Assembly (NCBI GenBank): GCA_946629975.1 | Contig: CAMOYJ010000001.1 | Coordinates: forward strand, 1 to 63,531 | Length of the DNA: 63,531 bases | DNA from: an uncultured Alphaproteobacteria bacterium | Lineage (GTDB): Bacteria > Pseudomonadota > Alphaproteobacteria > RF32 > CAG-239 | Reading direction: 5' to 3' | In this document: positions 17,646 to 29,284 of the stretch, piece after piece | Position numbering within the stretch: position 1 is the first letter of the stretch | Layout of the letters: the number at the start of each line of letters is the position of its first letter | Translations under genes and position numbers: made by a program | The notes under the pieces: generated by a model | What the model was told of the DNA's origin: nothing | Database searches by the model: none | Seen by the model: only the letters and a program-made list of their open reading frames with translations

Positions 17646-19463
17646 ATGAGTATGAGAAACATCGCCATTATTGCCCACGTTGACCACGGCAAAACAACCC
17701 TTGTTGACGGGCTTTTGAAACAAAGCGGCACCTTTCGCGACAACCAAAAAGTTGTTGATTGCGTTTTAGACAGCAACGATTTGGAACGTGAGCGCGGTAT
17801 TACGATTTTATCAAAATGCACATCGGTTGAGTGGCGCGGCAATCATATCAATATTGTTGACACCCCCGGACACGCAGACTTTGGCGGTGAAGTGGAGCGC
17901 ATTTTATCTATGGTTGATGGTGTGGTTTTGCTTGTGGATTCTTCAGAAGGACCGATGCCGCAAACAAAGTTCGTTTTGGGCAAGGCCTTAAAAATCGGCT
18001 TGAAACCGATTGTTGTTATCAACAAGGCAGATAAGCCGGATGCACGGCCGGATGCAGTTTTGGATGAAATTTTTGACCTTTTTGTGAGTTTGAATGCCAC
18101 TGATGAACAGCTTGATTTTCCGGTGCTTTATGCTTCAGGTCGAAACGGTTGGGCAGTCAAAGATTTAAAAGATGAGAAAAAAGATTTAACGCCGCTTTTT
18201 GAGCTGATTTTATCATATGTCAGCGAGCCGAAGTGTGAAAAAGACAAGCCGTTTTCAATGCTTGTGACAACATTGGAAGGCGACAAGTTTTTGGGCCGAA
18301 TTTTAACGGGCAAAATTTGGTCCGGCACATTGAAATTAAATGATCCGGTCAAAGTTATCAACGAACACGGCGAGGTTGAAAAAACGCGCATTTCAAAAAT
18401 TTTGGCTTATAAGGGTTTGGAACGTGTGGCGTTAAATGAGGCTCATGCAGGTGATATTGTGGCTGTGGCAGGTGTTGTCAAAGGCACGGTGGCAGACACA
18501 ATTTGTGCTTATGAGGTAGATACGCCAATCAAAGCGCAGCCGATTGATCCGCCGACCCTTGCTATGACCTTTTCAGTCAACGATTCGCCGCTCGCAGGAC
18601 GCGAGGGAGATAAGGTGACCTCACGTATGATTTGGGACCGCTTGGAAAAAGAAGCTGAAAGCAATATTGCACTCAAGATTTCAAAAACAGAGAGAACAGA
18701 TTCTTTTGAAGTGGCAGGCAGAGGCGAGTTGCAGCTCGGTGTGCTGATTGAAACCATGCGCCGCGAAGGTTTTGAACTTTCAATTTCACGTCCGCGTGTG
18801 CTGATGAGAAAAGATGAAAACGGCAACCTTTTAGAGCCTGTTGAAGAAGTTGTTGTTGATGTGGATGAAGAATTTTCAGGTACGGTTGTTGAAAAAATGG
18901 GTTTGCGTCGCGCTGAAATGACAGATATGATACCTTCACAATTGGGCGGCAAAGTTCGTTTGATTTTTCATGCACCGTCACGCGGTTTAATCGGCTATCA
19001 CAGCGAGTTTTTGACCGACACGCGCGGCACAGGTGTGATGAACCGCATTTTCTATGGCTATGAGCCTTATAAAGGCGAAATCGAAGGCAGACGCACGGGT
19101 GTTTTGATTTCATCTGAAAACGGAACGGCTGTGGCTTATGCGCTTTGGAAATTGCAAGACAGAGGGCCGATGTTTGTGGAACACAATTCGCCGGTTTATA
19201 TCGGTATGATTATCGGTGAACACACAAAATCAAACGATATTGAAGTCAATCCGACCAAAACAAAGCAATTGACAAACATTCGCGCTGCCGGCAAAGATGA
19301 AGCCATTGATCTTATTCCGCCGAGAAAGCTCAGCTTGGAACAAGCACTTTCTTATATTGCTGCCGATGAGCTTTTGGAGGTAACGCCGAAATCGCTTCGC
19401 TTGCGCAAAAAGATTTTAGACCCGCTTGCACGTAAACGTGCCAAACCTGAAGTTGAGGGTTAA
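17646..19463 (+). CDS. typA: Translational GTPase TypA/BipA
   Basis: [32 protein letters not shown] and NKADK motifs, at the length typical of BipA. Confidence 0.95.
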   Translation: MSMRNIAIIAHVDHGKTTLVDGLLKQSGTFRDNQKVVDCVLDSNDLERERGITILSKCTSVEWRGNHINIVDTPGHADFGGEVERILSMVDGVVLLVDSSEGPMPQTKFVLGKALKIGLKPIVVINKADKPDARPDAVLDEIFDLFVSLNATDEQLDFPVLYASGRNGWAVKDLKDEKKDLTPLFELILSYVSEPKCEKDKPFSMLVTTLEGDKFLGRILTGKIWSGTLKLNDPVKVINEHGEVEKTRISKILAYKGLERVALNEAHAGDIVAVAGVVKGTVADTICAYEVDTPIKAQPIDPPTLAMTFSVNDSPLAGREGDKVTSRMIWDRLEKEAESNIALKISKTERTDSFEVAGRGELQLGVLIETMRREGFELSISRPRVLMRKDENGNLLEPVEEVVVDVDEEFSGTVVEKMGLRRAEMTDMIPSQLGGKVRLIFHAPSRGLIGYHSEFLTDTRGTGVMNRIFYGYEPYKGEIEGRRTGVLISSENGTAVAYALWKLQDRGPMFVEHNSPVYIGMIIGEHTKSNDIEVNPTKTKQLTNIRAAGKDEAIDLIPPRKLSLEQALSYIAADELLEVTPKSLRLRKKILDPLARKRAKPEVEG

Positions 19464-19559
19464 AAAAAATAAAAATCTGCTTGCTTTGATGAAAAAAAGC
19501 TTGATTTTGAAACGATATATGTGTATCAATAACAAAAAAATTGTTTTGCTTTGGAACAA

Positions 19560-19635
19560 AGGGGCATAGTTCAGTTGGTAGAACATCGGTCTCCAAAACC
19601 GAGTGTCGTGGGTTCAAGTCCTGCTGCCCCTGCCA
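19560..19635 (+). tRNA. trnW: tRNA-Trp (anticodon CCA), CCA end encoded
   Basis: 76-nt cloverleaf: acceptor aggggca/tgcccct, D arm gttc/gaac, anticodon arm tcggt-ctCCAaa-accga, T loop ttcaagt. Classic position upstream of secE-nusG. Confidence 0.9.
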
Positions 19636-19658
19636 TTTAAGCAAAGCTTGGTATTTTA

Positions 19659-19871
19659 ATGAAAAGGATTTTAGACGTGAAAATCAGTCCGATACAATTT
19701 TTTAGACAAGTTCGCCAAGAAGTTAAAAAAATTACTTGGCCGACAAGAAAAGAAGTGACACAAGTCACAACCGTTGTACTCATCATTGTAGCACTTGCGG
19801 CAGCTTTCTTCTTTATGGTAGATGTTGTCTTAGCTTGGGCTGTTAAACTTGTTTTAGGATTAGGAGCATAA
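19659..19871 (+). CDS. secE: Preprotein translocase subunit SecE
   Basis: FFRQVRQEVKKITWPTRKE followed by a single TM helix. Position between tRNA-Trp and nusG. Confidence 0.8.
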   Translation: MKRILDVKISPIQFFRQVRQEVKKITWPTRKEVTQVTTVVLIIVALAAAFFFMVDVVLAWAVKLVLGLGA

Positions 19872-19874
19872 GTC

Positions 19875-20420
19875 ATGGCTGCTCGTTGGTATGTTGTTAA
19901 TGTTTATTCCGGTTCGGAAAAGAAGGTTGCCGAGTCGCTCAAAGAACAAGCCGTTTTGAAAAAAATGGAAGACAAGATTTTAGATGTTTTGGTGCCGACA
20001 GAAGATGTGATCGAAATCAAAAAGGGCAAAAAAGTCAGCACTGAAAAGAAGTTTTTCCCCGGCTATATCTTAGTTAAAATGGATATGGATGACACAGTTT
20101 GGCACGTTGTGAAAAACACACCGCGTGTGAGCGGATTTTTGGGAACGCGTGACGGTTTGCGCTTAAAACCGCAACCGATCAGCGAAAAAGAAGTTGAACA
20201 AATTATGAAGCAAATGCAAGAAGGCGTTGAACGCCCGCAAACAATTGCAACTTTCGAAGTTGGCGAAAATGTTCGCGTGACCGATGGTCCGTTTGCATCT
20301 TTCGTTGGTGTTGTTGAAGAGGTAGACACAGAAAAAACACGTCTCAAGGTTTCTGTTTCTATTTTCGGTCGATACACACCGGTTGAGTTGGAATTTGCTC
20401 AAGTTGAAAAAGTAAAATAA
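19875..20420 (+). CDS. nusG: Transcription termination/antitermination factor NusG
   Basis: RWYVVNVYSGSEKKV...FPGYILVKM...KOW region (GENVRVTDGPFASFVGVVEEVD). Confidence 0.95.
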   Translation: MAARWYVVNVYSGSEKKVAESLKEQAVLKKMEDKILDVLVPTEDVIEIKKGKKVSTEKKFFPGYILVKMDMDDTVWHVVKNTPRVSGFLGTRDGLRLKPQPISEKEVEQIMKQMQEGVERPQTIATFEVGENVRVTDGPFASFVGVVEEVDTEKTRLKVSVSIFGRYTPVELEFAQVEKVK

Positions 20421-20730
20421 AAGCTTATAATGGTCAACTACTTGTGCGGCCGCTTTCTTATGTACCTTTTTTGTACACAGCGAAAGCGGCCGTACGTCGT
20501 ATTTGACTCATTCTAAGCTTTTATTGGCTAAAACAAATTGGTGAAAAGTATACGGGTTTTCTTATGTACCTTTTTTGTACACAGCGAAAGCGGCCGTACG
20601 TCGTATTTGACTCATTCTAAGCTTTTATTGGCTAAAACAAATTGGTGAAAAGTATACGGGTTTTCTTATGTACCTTTTTTGTACACAGCAAAACAGGCTT
20701 CCGTCGTAACTGACATATTCTGCATTTTGG
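20421..20730. repeat. Tandem array of a 104-bp unit (two identical central copies, degenerate outer copies)
   Basis: Units start at 20457, 20561 and 20665. Copies 1 and 2 look identical by eye. Copy 3 and the segment 20421-20456 are degenerate. Each unit contains the palindrome tgtac-ctttttt-gtaca and a GC-rich gaaagcggccg box. Confidence 0.85.
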
Positions 20731-20748
20731 TGTATAACAATTATTTTT

Positions 20749-21414
20749 TTACTGTGCCCAATGGATTTTAGAAGCGCAGGCTTGCTGTGTCATATCTTTC
20801 ACACGGCAACGATTGACAATCACATTAGGAGCTTTATCCATTTGGTAACAACCGTTTCCGAGCAATGCGTAATCTTGATAAAGAGCCACATTTGGTTCGA
20901 CATTGTCAAAACTTAAGGGCGTTTCCATATTCGGCCACTTCAAGCGAAAACTGACGTTTGAAATCGGGGTTCGAAGAGTTGACATCACAAAAAATCGCAT
21001 TGAGCAGTTGGTAAAACCTGAAAGGGTTTTGCCAACCTTAAAATTGCGCATATAGATAATAATATATTCATCATCATCATCATCGTCGTCTTTGCTTGTA
21101 TTTGTTGCCCCTGTAGCAACAGAAGATGCTGGCATCACTCGCTTAATTTGAACATTTCCTAAGCCGCCCTGCACCTGAACCTTTTGCTCAATGGGGGATT
21201 TAGGTTGTTCAGGTGTTCGAGCAGATGCCGGAGCCTCTTGAGGTGTTTCGGGCTGAATGGCAGGAGCCTGCTCAAAAATATTGTCACCGCTTGACGACGC
21301 GCCGCCAAAAACTTGTGCGGAAACCTCAAAAGGCATAAAAAACAAAAGAGCTAAGCTCCCTGAAAGAAGAGAGCCTGCTCTTTGTTTTATGAAAGCACTA
21401 ACCTTTGACATCAA
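20749..21414 (-). CDS. Secreted hypothetical protein with poly-Asp tract (paralogous domain with 21420-22214)
   Basis: Signal peptide (…FEVSAQ), Pro/Gln-rich linker, a D8 run, and a Cys-containing C-terminal domain. Confidence 0.55.
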   Translation of the reverse strand: MMSKVSAFIKQRAGSLLSGSLALLFFMPFEVSAQVFGGASSSGDNIFEQAPAIQPETPQEAPASARTPEQPKSPIEQKVQVQGGLGNVQIKRVMPASSVATGATNTSKDDDDDDDEYIIIYMRNFKVGKTLSGFTNCSMRFFVMSTLRTPISNVSFRLKWPNMETPLSFDNVEPNVALYQDYALLGNGCYQMDKAPNVIVNRCRVKDMTQQACASKIHWAQ

Positions 21415-21419
21415 TTTTT

Positions 21420-22214
21420 CTACTTAATGTTGCTTATAATAGTGTTTGTTTGATCTAAGTTTTTGGTGATTTTGTTATTGATTGATTGAATCATCTCTTT
21501 TTCTTTTTCTTCTTGTGTTTTTTCGCGTTCAACCTGTTCTTCATAAGAGATTTCTTTGAATTCACCATAATATTCGGGATGCTTTGAGTTGACATAAGCA
21601 AACATGCCGGCACAACTTGATAATTCTTTATCAGCATCCGCTCTGCCGCGGCGAGAATCAGTGTTTGTTTCTTGTCCTAAAATATTGCAAACCGAAACAT
21701 TGAATTTTAAGTTGTCAAACAAAGCAAAGCATTTGTCTGTTTCAGCGGTGCCATGGACACTGACTTGCTTTAACGAACCCAAAGCCGGAATATCGATGGT
21801 AGAACGAATAGCGCCCAAACCCTCTTCTTTAGGAGCGGGTTTGGCTTGACCAGGTTTTTCTTCATCCAAACTCGGATTGCCGTCAATCGGGAACAGTTCA
21901 GAAATACGATCTGTCCAGCCGAATTCTATTTTTGCCTGACGCAAGCTCACGGGTGTGCGGTTGTAAAAAGTTGCCGTATATTCACAAGCGGTGACAACCC
22001 CATCCGAATCAAGCACAGGTTTAATATCATGGACCTTAAACAAAATAACCTGAGGCTTGTTTGCAAAAACAGGATTAAGTTTTGGTGCAGCTTGTTCACG
22101 GGGGACTCTGTTGCCGAGTTTGTCGTTCGGGTCAACTTGTGCACTGGCAACGCCGGCTCCTAATACGCAACCGAATAAACTAACATAAAATAAAGCTTTC
22201 TTAAAATTTTTCAT
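21420..22214 (-). CDS. Secreted hypothetical protein
   Basis: Signal peptide (…GVASAQ). The central domain is alignable by eye with the C-terminal domain of 20749-21414. Lys/Glu-rich tail. Confidence 0.55.
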   Translation of the reverse strand: MKNFKKALFYVSLFGCVLGAGVASAQVDPNDKLGNRVPREQAAPKLNPVFANKPQVILFKVHDIKPVLDSDGVVTACEYTATFYNRTPVSLRQAKIEFGWTDRISELFPIDGNPSLDEEKPGQAKPAPKEEGLGAIRSTIDIPALGSLKQVSVHGTAETDKCFALFDNLKFNVSVCNILGQETNTDSRRGRADADKELSSCAGMFAYVNSKHPEYYGEFKEISYEEQVEREKTQEEKEKEMIQSINNKITKNLDQTNTIISNIK

Positions 22215-22267
22215 GGGTTTTTCCTTTTAAACAAAGTTCATGTGTTGTAACAATATAACGCTTTTAT

Positions 22268-23035
22268 TTAATTTTCCTTTAATTTTTTTAAAATACGTAA
22301 AAAATCTGACCAAACTTTTGCTTTTTGCGAACAATTGCGGAGCAAATATGCTGGGTGAAATGTTGCAAGCGCCGGAATGGAGGTATTAAGCGAAGTTTGA
22401 TATTCAAGCCATCTGCCGCGAAGTCTTGAAATAGAATCTGTGTTATCTAAAAGCGCATTAGCCGCACTGCCGCCTAAAAAAACAATCATTTTAGGGTTAA
22501 TCAGTTCAATTTGGCGCTTTAAAAACGGCAGACAAACAGCCACTTCGGCATCTGTCGGCGTTCTGTTGCCTGGCGGACGCCACATCACAACATTTGCAAT
22601 ATAAACATCTGCGCGCTTGAGACCGATAGCACTAAGCATTTTTTCAAGCAATCTGCCGCTGCGTCCGACAAACGGCAAGCCGATTCTGTCTTCATCCGCG
22701 CCCGGCGCTTCGCCGATGAACATGATTTTGGCATGTTCATTGCCATCGCCGAAAACGGTTGATTTTGCAGTGAGCTTCAAAGCGCATCCGTCAAAGCTAT
22801 CAACAATTTGTTTGAGCTCGGAAAGTGTTGTTGCTTTTGCGCACAAATCACGAGCATTTTGCTTTGACGCAATAACATTTTGTGAAAGGGAGGTTGTGGC
22901 TTGTCTTAAAAGCGAAGCTGGTTGTTGCAAAATGTTCTGAACACGGTAACACTCATCGCCGCAGGTTTGATCCACACCTGAAAGCACATACCACTCAAGC
23001 AAACTTTTTATTTCAGACAAGCTTTCCATAAGCAA
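22268..23035 (-). CDS. Uracil-DNA glycosylase, family 4
   Basis: [23 protein letters not shown] and HPAYLLR motifs. Confidence 0.85.
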   Translation of the reverse strand: MLMESLSEIKSLLEWYVLSGVDQTCGDECYRVQNILQQPASLLRQATTSLSQNVIASKQNARDLCAKATTLSELKQIVDSFDGCALKLTAKSTVFGDGNEHAKIMFIGEAPGADEDRIGLPFVGRSGRLLEKMLSAIGLKRADVYIANVVMWRPPGNRTPTDAEVAVCLPFLKRQIELINPKMIVFLGGSAANALLDNTDSISRLRGRWLEYQTSLNTSIPALATFHPAYLLRNCSQKAKVWSDFLRILKKLKEN

Positions 23036-23138
23036 AATTATAACATCAAAAAACTTTTTATTGCAACATAAAGCAATTATTTACACATAAGAATTATATT
23101 TAATTGAAAATCGTTTTATTTTAAGGCATAAATAAAAT

Positions 23139-24944
23139 ATGACAAACAAAATGAAAATAGCTTATGCGCTCGCGCTCATTATCAGTATCAGTGTGTTTAA
23201 TTCATGCACATTGAAGTTCTTTTTTAACCAAACATCTGACAAAGAATATAAAGTCACGGTGCAAGACAAAACTTTGCCGGACAATAAATACGGCACATAT
23301 TTGGCTGCGCGTGTGGCCCACATTAGGCAAAATTATGATGCCGCAGCCGATTATTATATGAAAAATTTGAAATTTGGTGCAGAAAATGAAGATGTTTTGG
23401 GAAGTACCTATCTTTTGCTTGCCTCTGAAGGACGCATTGATGAAGCGACAGAATATGCCTTAAAAGCAAGAGAAAGCGGAGATAAAACAAATTTGATTGC
23501 TTTTATTGCTATGACAAAGTATATGCATGAAAACAACTATAAAAATGCGTATGATAGTGTGCTATGGGTGGCTGATTCGCCTTTCAAGAATGTGGTTTTG
23601 CCGCTCTTTCAAAGTTGGATTTTAGCGGCATCAGGCAAAAATGAAAATGCTTTGGAAATATTAGATGCAATCAAAAAAGATGAGGGACTGATCCCGCTTT
23701 ATCATATGCAACGCGGTATGTTGAACGACTATTTCGGAAACGAAAAAGAAGCTTTTGAAGATTTTAATGTGATTGTTGATGACGAGGCAATGCCTTTATC
23801 TTTTCGTGCGCTCCAAATCATCGGTAATTTTTATTTGCGAAACGGGCAAAAAGACAAAATTGTTAAAGTGGCTCAAAAATATTATGAGCAAAACCGCGAA
23901 AATCCGATGCTTGGTTCTCTTGTTGAAAGTTTTAAAAATGCGGATACACAAAAACTTGAAAAAATTATCGATTCGCCGCAAAAAGGTTTAGCTGAAGCGG
24001 TGTTCAATGTGGGCACAATTTTCAGAGGATTTCAAAATGAAGTGGCGCAACTTTTCACATCGCTCGTGCTTTATTTGAACCCGGATTTTGAGGTAGCCCG
24101 TGTGTCAATGGCGGATATTTATGAGCAAACACACCGCTATCAAAAGGCAACGGATGAATATTTAAAAATCAAACCGTCATCGCCTGTTTATTATGTGGCG
24201 CAACTCAAAGCGGCCACCACATATATGACGCAAGACAAAAACAAAGAGGCTTTTGAAACACTTTCCAATTTGCTTAAGATGTATCCCAAAAGTGAACATA
24301 TCACTTTTCGTTTGGGCGAATTAAGCCGTGTGATGAAAAAATATGATAAGGCGATTGAGTTTTACCAAAAGGCACTTGATGAATTGGCAATGGCAGATAA
24401 AGAACGTTGGACGATTTATTATGCACTTGGCATATCTTATGAGCGCCAAAATAAGTGGCAAGAGGCAGAAGATGCATTTAAAAAAGCGCTTGAGTTGAGT
24501 AACAGGCATCCGTTTGTTTTAAACTATTTGGGATATTCGTGGATTGAACGGGGGATGAACTACAATGAGGCGCTCTATATGATTTTTGAGGCGCATCGCA
24601 AAAATTCGGAAGACGGACATATTATTGACAGTCTCGGTTGGGCGCTCTACAAAATGGGCAACTATGAAAATGCGGTCAAAGTTTTGGAAAGAGCTTCGGA
24701 ATATTTGCCTTCAAACGCTGTGGTGTTTGAACATTTAGGAGATGCATATTATCAAGTCGGGCGCAAAAACGAGGCGAAATATCAATGGCAACATGCTTTG
24801 CATGCAACAGAAGATAAAGAAGATTTGGATATTATAGCTGTTCAAGAAAAGCTCAAAAACGGTATGGAAAAACAAACGCCGATTCCGTTTAATGACGAAC
24901 TTTTGCAAGAACGTCTCAAAACACTTGATTCGCATTTGAACTGA
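23139..24944 (+). CDS. Tetratricopeptide-repeat lipoprotein
   Basis: Lipobox VFNS|C. Multiple TPR-like A/Y/L-patterned 34-aa repeats, e.g. WQEAEDAFKKALELS and YENAVKVLERASEY. Confidence 0.7.
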   Translation: MTNKMKIAYALALIISISVFNSCTLKFFFNQTSDKEYKVTVQDKTLPDNKYGTYLAARVAHIRQNYDAAADYYMKNLKFGAENEDVLGSTYLLLASEGRIDEATEYALKARESGDKTNLIAFIAMTKYMHENNYKNAYDSVLWVADSPFKNVVLPLFQSWILAASGKNENALEILDAIKKDEGLIPLYHMQRGMLNDYFGNEKEAFEDFNVIVDDEAMPLSFRALQIIGNFYLRNGQKDKIVKVAQKYYEQNRENPMLGSLVESFKNADTQKLEKIIDSPQKGLAEAVFNVGTIFRGFQNEVAQLFTSLVLYLNPDFEVARVSMADIYEQTHRYQKATDEYLKIKPSSPVYYVAQLKAATTYMTQDKNKEAFETLSNLLKMYPKSEHITFRLGELSRVMKKYDKAIEFYQKALDELAMADKERWTIYYALGISYERQNKWQEAEDAFKKALELSNRHPFVLNYLGYSWIERGMNYNEALYMIFEAHRKNSEDGHIIDSLGWALYKMGNYENAVKVLERASEYLPSNAVVFEHLGDAYYQVGRKNEAKYQWQHALHATEDKEDLDIIAVQEKLKNGMEKQTPIPFNDELLQERLKTLDSHLN

Positions 24945-25045
24945 AATCAGCCTGCTTTGTTTTGAAAAATTTATATTAGCATTATTGAATTAAAGCACAA
25001 CTTTATTATTTAAATCTCAAGTTTCATTGATGAGAGGTTTAAAAG

Positions 25046-26155
25046 ATGAAAAGAGCGCTTTATGTGTTGTTGATATGTGTTTTAATTGCGGCGGCTTTCG
25101 CTTTGGGTTTATTTTTTGCCGGCAAAAAAAATCAAAAGCCCGAAGATGTTCAAAAAAAGTCTTTGGAATTGAACGCTTTTAAAATTAAACCTCAAGACAT
25201 CACGGTTTCTCAAAAATATATTGGCTATGTCACACCCATTCATGAGGCTGTTGTTCAGCCGTTTATCAGCGGGTTTATCGAAAAAATATATGTCAAGGGC
25301 GGTCAGACTGTTCAAAAAGGCGATGTGCTGGTGGTTTTAAAGCAAGATGAATATGAGGCGGCGCTCAAAAGGGCTTATGCTGATGTTTTGAAAGCCGAGG
25401 CGGAATATCAAAACAAGCAATCTTATTTCAAACGTATACAAAAAGCGGATAAGGCTGTGTCTGCCGCCGAGCTCGAAAATGCCGAAGCGGCATATCTTTC
25501 CGCCGCGGCAGCTTTTGAACAAGCGAAAGCCGGTTATGAGCTTGCTAAAGTCAATTATGACTACACGCTTATTCGTGCGCCAATCACGGGTGTTGTGGGA
25601 GATGTTTCGCTAACCGAAGGTAACTATGTTTCGCCCGCAACGCCTGCGCTGTTGAGTATTGTGCAATATAGCCCGATCAGGGTCGTTTTTTCCGTTTCGG
25701 ACAATGAATATTTAAGCGAATTAAAAAAAGACACACCTTTTGCAGATGAAAAAATCAGGCTGGAACTGCCAAACGGGGAGATGTTCAAAAATACCGGCTC
25801 TTTTCAATACACCGGCAACACGCTTGATAAACAAACGAACTCCATGGCCATTTATGCCGATTTTAAGAACATCGGCAAAATCTTAACTCCGAACACTTAT
25901 GTGACGGTTTGGCTCGAAAAAAACATCAAAAATGCAATCTCGCTTTCAAAAGACAATGTGGTTTTGGAAAATAAAGGCAACTTTGTTTATCTCATAAGGG
26001 GGGATAAAGTGCGCAAAGTGCCGGTTGAGATTTTGTCGGCTTCGGGCAATCAGTTTATCTTAAAAAACACGTTTGAAAATAAAGATAAAATCATCACCGA
26101 TCAGGTTTTGCCCTCTTATTTGAACGAAAAAGTCAGTGCAAAAACGGGAGCTTAA
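25046..26155 (+). CDS. RND efflux periplasmic adaptor (membrane fusion protein)
   Basis: N-terminal TM helix, lipoyl/hairpin pattern (GDVLVVL...YDYTLIRAPITGVVG), and operon with an RND pump. Confidence 0.85.
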   Translation: MKRALYVLLICVLIAAAFALGLFFAGKKNQKPEDVQKKSLELNAFKIKPQDITVSQKYIGYVTPIHEAVVQPFISGFIEKIYVKGGQTVQKGDVLVVLKQDEYEAALKRAYADVLKAEAEYQNKQSYFKRIQKADKAVSAAELENAEAAYLSAAAAFEQAKAGYELAKVNYDYTLIRAPITGVVGDVSLTEGNYVSPATPALLSIVQYSPIRVVFSVSDNEYLSELKKDTPFADEKIRLELPNGEMFKNTGSFQYTGNTLDKQTNSMAIYADFKNIGKILTPNTYVTVWLEKNIKNAISLSKDNVVLENKGNFVYLIRGDKVRKVPVEILSASGNQFILKNTFENKDKIITDQVLPSYLNEKVSAKTGA

Positions 26156-26158
26156 CAA

Positions 26159-29100
26159 ATGTTTTCAAAGTTTTTTATAGATCGCCCGCGTTTTGCGATT
26201 GTTGTTTCACTTGTGCTTGTGTTGCTCGGGCTTTTAGCGCTTGCCGTTTTGCCGGTTTCACAATATCCCGAAATCACGCCGCCGCAAATTTCGCTCAAAA
26301 CAACTTATCCGGGTGCAAACTCAAAGGTGTTGGTGGATACGGTTGCCACCCCGATTGAAAATAAAATCAACGGTGTTGAAAATATGCTTTATATGGCCTC
26401 CACATCTGATGACGGCGGCAACTATAATTTGACAGTGACTTTTAATGTGGGTGCAAACCCTGATATTTCACAAGTGAAAGTGCAAAACAGGCTGCAACAG
26501 GTAATGTCTGAATTGCCGCCGATTGTGACCGAACAGGGCATAGATGTTGCAACGCGAAACCCGAATATTTTGGGCTTTTTGGTATTGCGCTCACCAAACA
26601 ACACCTATTCCGGATTATATTTGAGCAACTATGCTTATGAAAACATCAAAAACCCGATTGCACGCGTGAAGGGCATCGGCGATGTGCAGATTTTCGGGCC
26701 GCAATATGCCATGCGTATTTGGCTCGACACCGATAAAATTCATGCCTTGGGTTTAGATTCAAACAGCATTATCAATGCAGTCAAAACCCAAAATGTGCAG
26801 GCATCAGTGGGCAGTATTGGTGCCTCACCCGCAAGCAAAGACAACACCATGGTTTTAGCTCTAACGGCAAAGGGGTTGTTGCAAAGCGCTGAAGATTTTG
26901 AAAACATTGTGGTGGCAACCTCTCAAAACGGCGGATTGATACGTTTGAAAGATGTTGCAAAGGTTGAGCTCGGGGCAGATTCGTATGGCATTGAGTCGGC
27001 TTTTAAAAATGCACCCGGGGTGATTATTGCCTTAAACCAAACGCCGAATTCGAACTCACTTGACATTATGAAACGTATCAGAAAAGAGGTTGCTGAAATT
27101 TCAAAAAGCTTTCCGGATGATATGGTTTTAGAGGTAGCATACGATTCAACTGCTTATGTTTCAGCTTCAATTGCGGGTATTGTTGAAACGCTTGTTATCA
27201 CCTTTTTGCTTGTGGCGCTTGTAACATATGTGTTTTTGCAAAAGTTCAAAACAACACTTATTCCGCTTTTTACAATTCCTGTTTCATTGATTGCAACATT
27301 TATCATTGTTTATATGTTGGGGTTTGATATCAACATTTTGACATTGTTTGCGTTTATTTTAGCCATCGGTTTGGTGGTGGACGATGCCATTATTGTGGTT
27401 GAACGTGTGGAATATTTGATGGAGCATGAAAACTTAAATGCTTATGAAGCATCTGTTAAAGCAATGTCACAAATTTCAAGTGCGATTGTGGCAACAACAT
27501 TTGTGCTCTTGTCGATTTTTATTCCGGTCGGCTTGATGGCCGGTATCACAGGCAAAATCTATCAACAGTTTGCAGTGGCGATTGCAACTTCGGTTATTTT
27601 TTCGGCTGTCAATGCGCTCACCTTGTCGCCGGCATTGTGTGCCATCTTTTTGAAAAATGCAAATGAGAAAAAGACGGGCAAATTTTTTGAAAAATTTAAT
27701 CAGGCACTGAAATGGAGCGAAAAAAAATATATTTCAAGCGTCACATTTTTTGCCTCCAAATTGTGGGCAACGGTTGCCTCTGTTTTAGGGGCAATTTTGC
27801 TTATCTTTTTAGGCTTTAAGTTCACCCCCGCCTCTTTTTTGCCCGAAGAAGATCAGGGGATTATTTTTGCAAACATTCAATTGCCGAACACCGCACCGTT
27901 GAACCAAACCGAAGATGTCTTAAAAGATTTGTCGCAAAAAGCGATGGCAATGGAAGGGGTTGATTTTGTTGTAACCGTTGCAGGATACAGCTTGCTTGGC
28001 GGACAGGGCGAAAATGTTGCGCTCGGGGTGGTGGGTTTAAAAAACTGGAGCGAACGCAAACAAAAATCTCTTTCATCAGAGGCCATCACTTTAAGGCTTT
28101 CAAAAGAGTTTCAAGACAACTCAAAAGCAGAAATCAACTTTTTTGCGCCACCTGCCATTCCGGGTATCGGACAGGCCGGCGGGCTTTCATTTGAGCTCTT
28201 GGCATTAGATGGGAGCATTAGTCCGAAAGAGCTTTATGATAACTTGGCGCTTTTCTTGCAAAAACTCAATTCTTTGCCCGAAATTGCTTATGCCTTTTCA
28301 ACCTACACGGCAGATACACCGCATGTTTATCTTGATATTGACCGCACAAAACTTGAAAGTTTTGATGTGCCTGTTTCAGCATTATTTGAAACTTTGCAAA
28401 ATAATTTGGGCTCCAGATATGTCAACAACATGACATTAAACGGGCAGGTCAACAAGGTGATTATTCAGGCAGATTTTGATTATCGACAAAGTTTTGAAGA
28501 TATTGAAAACCTCTATGTGACCTCAAACAAAGGCGAGCAAATCAAGGTCAAAAGCTTTGCAAGGCTCAAAACAGAAGTGAGTCCGAAAATTATTTCGCGA
28601 TATAATTTATATAGCGCGGCGGCCATCACAGCCCAAAGCAAAACAAACATTTCAAGCGGCACGGCAATAGATAAGATTGTTCAAACGGCCGGCGAGATTT
28701 TGCCCAAAACATTTCGTATTTCGTGGACGGGTTTGTCGCTCCAAGAAGTTGAAGCCAGAGGGCTCGCCGGTATTTTGATCTCGATGGCGCTCGTGTTTTG
28801 CTATTTGTTTTTGGTGGCGCTTTATGAGAGCTGGATGCTTGCTTTTGCGGTGATGTTTTCAACGGTGTTTGCGATTTTGGGCGCCTTTGCCGGCCTGCAT
28901 ATTATGGGACACTCTTTGAGTATTTATGCGCAACTCGGTTTGATTATGCTCATCGGCTTGGCGGCTAAAAATGCGATTTTGATTGTGGAGTTCACCAAAA
29001 ATTATCGCGAGGCCGGCTATTCGATTTTAGAAGCTTCCGAAAAAGGAGCGGGCGAAAGGTTCAGAGCCGTTTTGATGACAGCCTTAACGTTTATTTTGGG

Positions 29101-29284
29101 CATTTTCCCAATGTTGATTGTTAAAGGGGCGGGCGCTGCTTCGCAGCACGCCATCGGCACATCTGTCTTTTTTGGGATGATTGCGGCAACCTTCATCGGC
29201 ATTATCTTTATTCCGGCTTTGTTTGCCCTTTTTGAAACCTTCAAAGAAAAGAAAGGCTATCATCAGGAGAAAAAAGATGCGTAA
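26159..29284 (+). CDS. RND multidrug efflux permease (AcrB/HAE1-like)
   Basis: [16 protein letters not shown]-terminus, 1041 aa, 12-TM pattern, [12 protein letters not shown] motif. Confidence 0.95.
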   Translation: MFSKFFIDRPRFAIVVSLVLVLLGLLALAVLPVSQYPEITPPQISLKTTYPGANSKVLVDTVATPIENKINGVENMLYMASTSDDGGNYNLTVTFNVGANPDISQVKVQNRLQQVMSELPPIVTEQGIDVATRNPNILGFLVLRSPNNTYSGLYLSNYAYENIKNPIARVKGIGDVQIFGPQYAMRIWLDTDKIHALGLDSNSIINAVKTQNVQASVGSIGASPASKDNTMVLALTAKGLLQSAEDFENIVVATSQNGGLIRLKDVAKVELGADSYGIESAFKNAPGVIIALNQTPNSNSLDIMKRIRKEVAEISKSFPDDMVLEVAYDSTAYVSASIAGIVETLVITFLLVALVTYVFLQKFKTTLIPLFTIPVSLIATFIIVYMLGFDINILTLFAFILAIGLVVDDAIIVVERVEYLMEHENLNAYEASVKAMSQISSAIVATTFVLLSIFIPVGLMAGITGKIYQQFAVAIATSVIFSAVNALTLSPALCAIFLKNANEKKTGKFFEKFNQALKWSEKKYISSVTFFASKLWATVASVLGAILLIFLGFKFTPASFLPEEDQGIIFANIQLPNTAPLNQTEDVLKDLSQKAMAMEGVDFVVTVAGYSLLGGQGENVALGVVGLKNWSERKQKSLSSEAITLRLSKEFQDNSKAEINFFAPPAIPGIGQAGGLSFELLALDGSISPKELYDNLALFLQKLNSLPEIAYAFSTYTADTPHVYLDIDRTKLESFDVPVSALFETLQNNLGSRYVNNMTLNGQVNKVIIQADFDYRQSFEDIENLYVTSNKGEQIKVKSFARLKTEVSPKIISRYNLYSAAAITAQSKTNISSGTAIDKIVQTAGEILPKTFRISWTGLSLQEVEARGLAGILISMALVFCYLFLVALYESWMLAFAVMFSTVFAILGAFAGLHIMGHSLSIYAQLGLIMLIGLAAKNAILIVEFTKNYREAGYSILEASEKGAGERFRAVLMTALTFILGIFPMLIVKGAGAASQHAIGTSVFFGMIAATFIGIIFIPALFALFETFKEKKGYHQEKKDA

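Noticed and set aside
20421-20730. CRISPR array.
   Set aside because: The units are 104 bp long and directly abut one another with no unique spacers. No cas genes are present.
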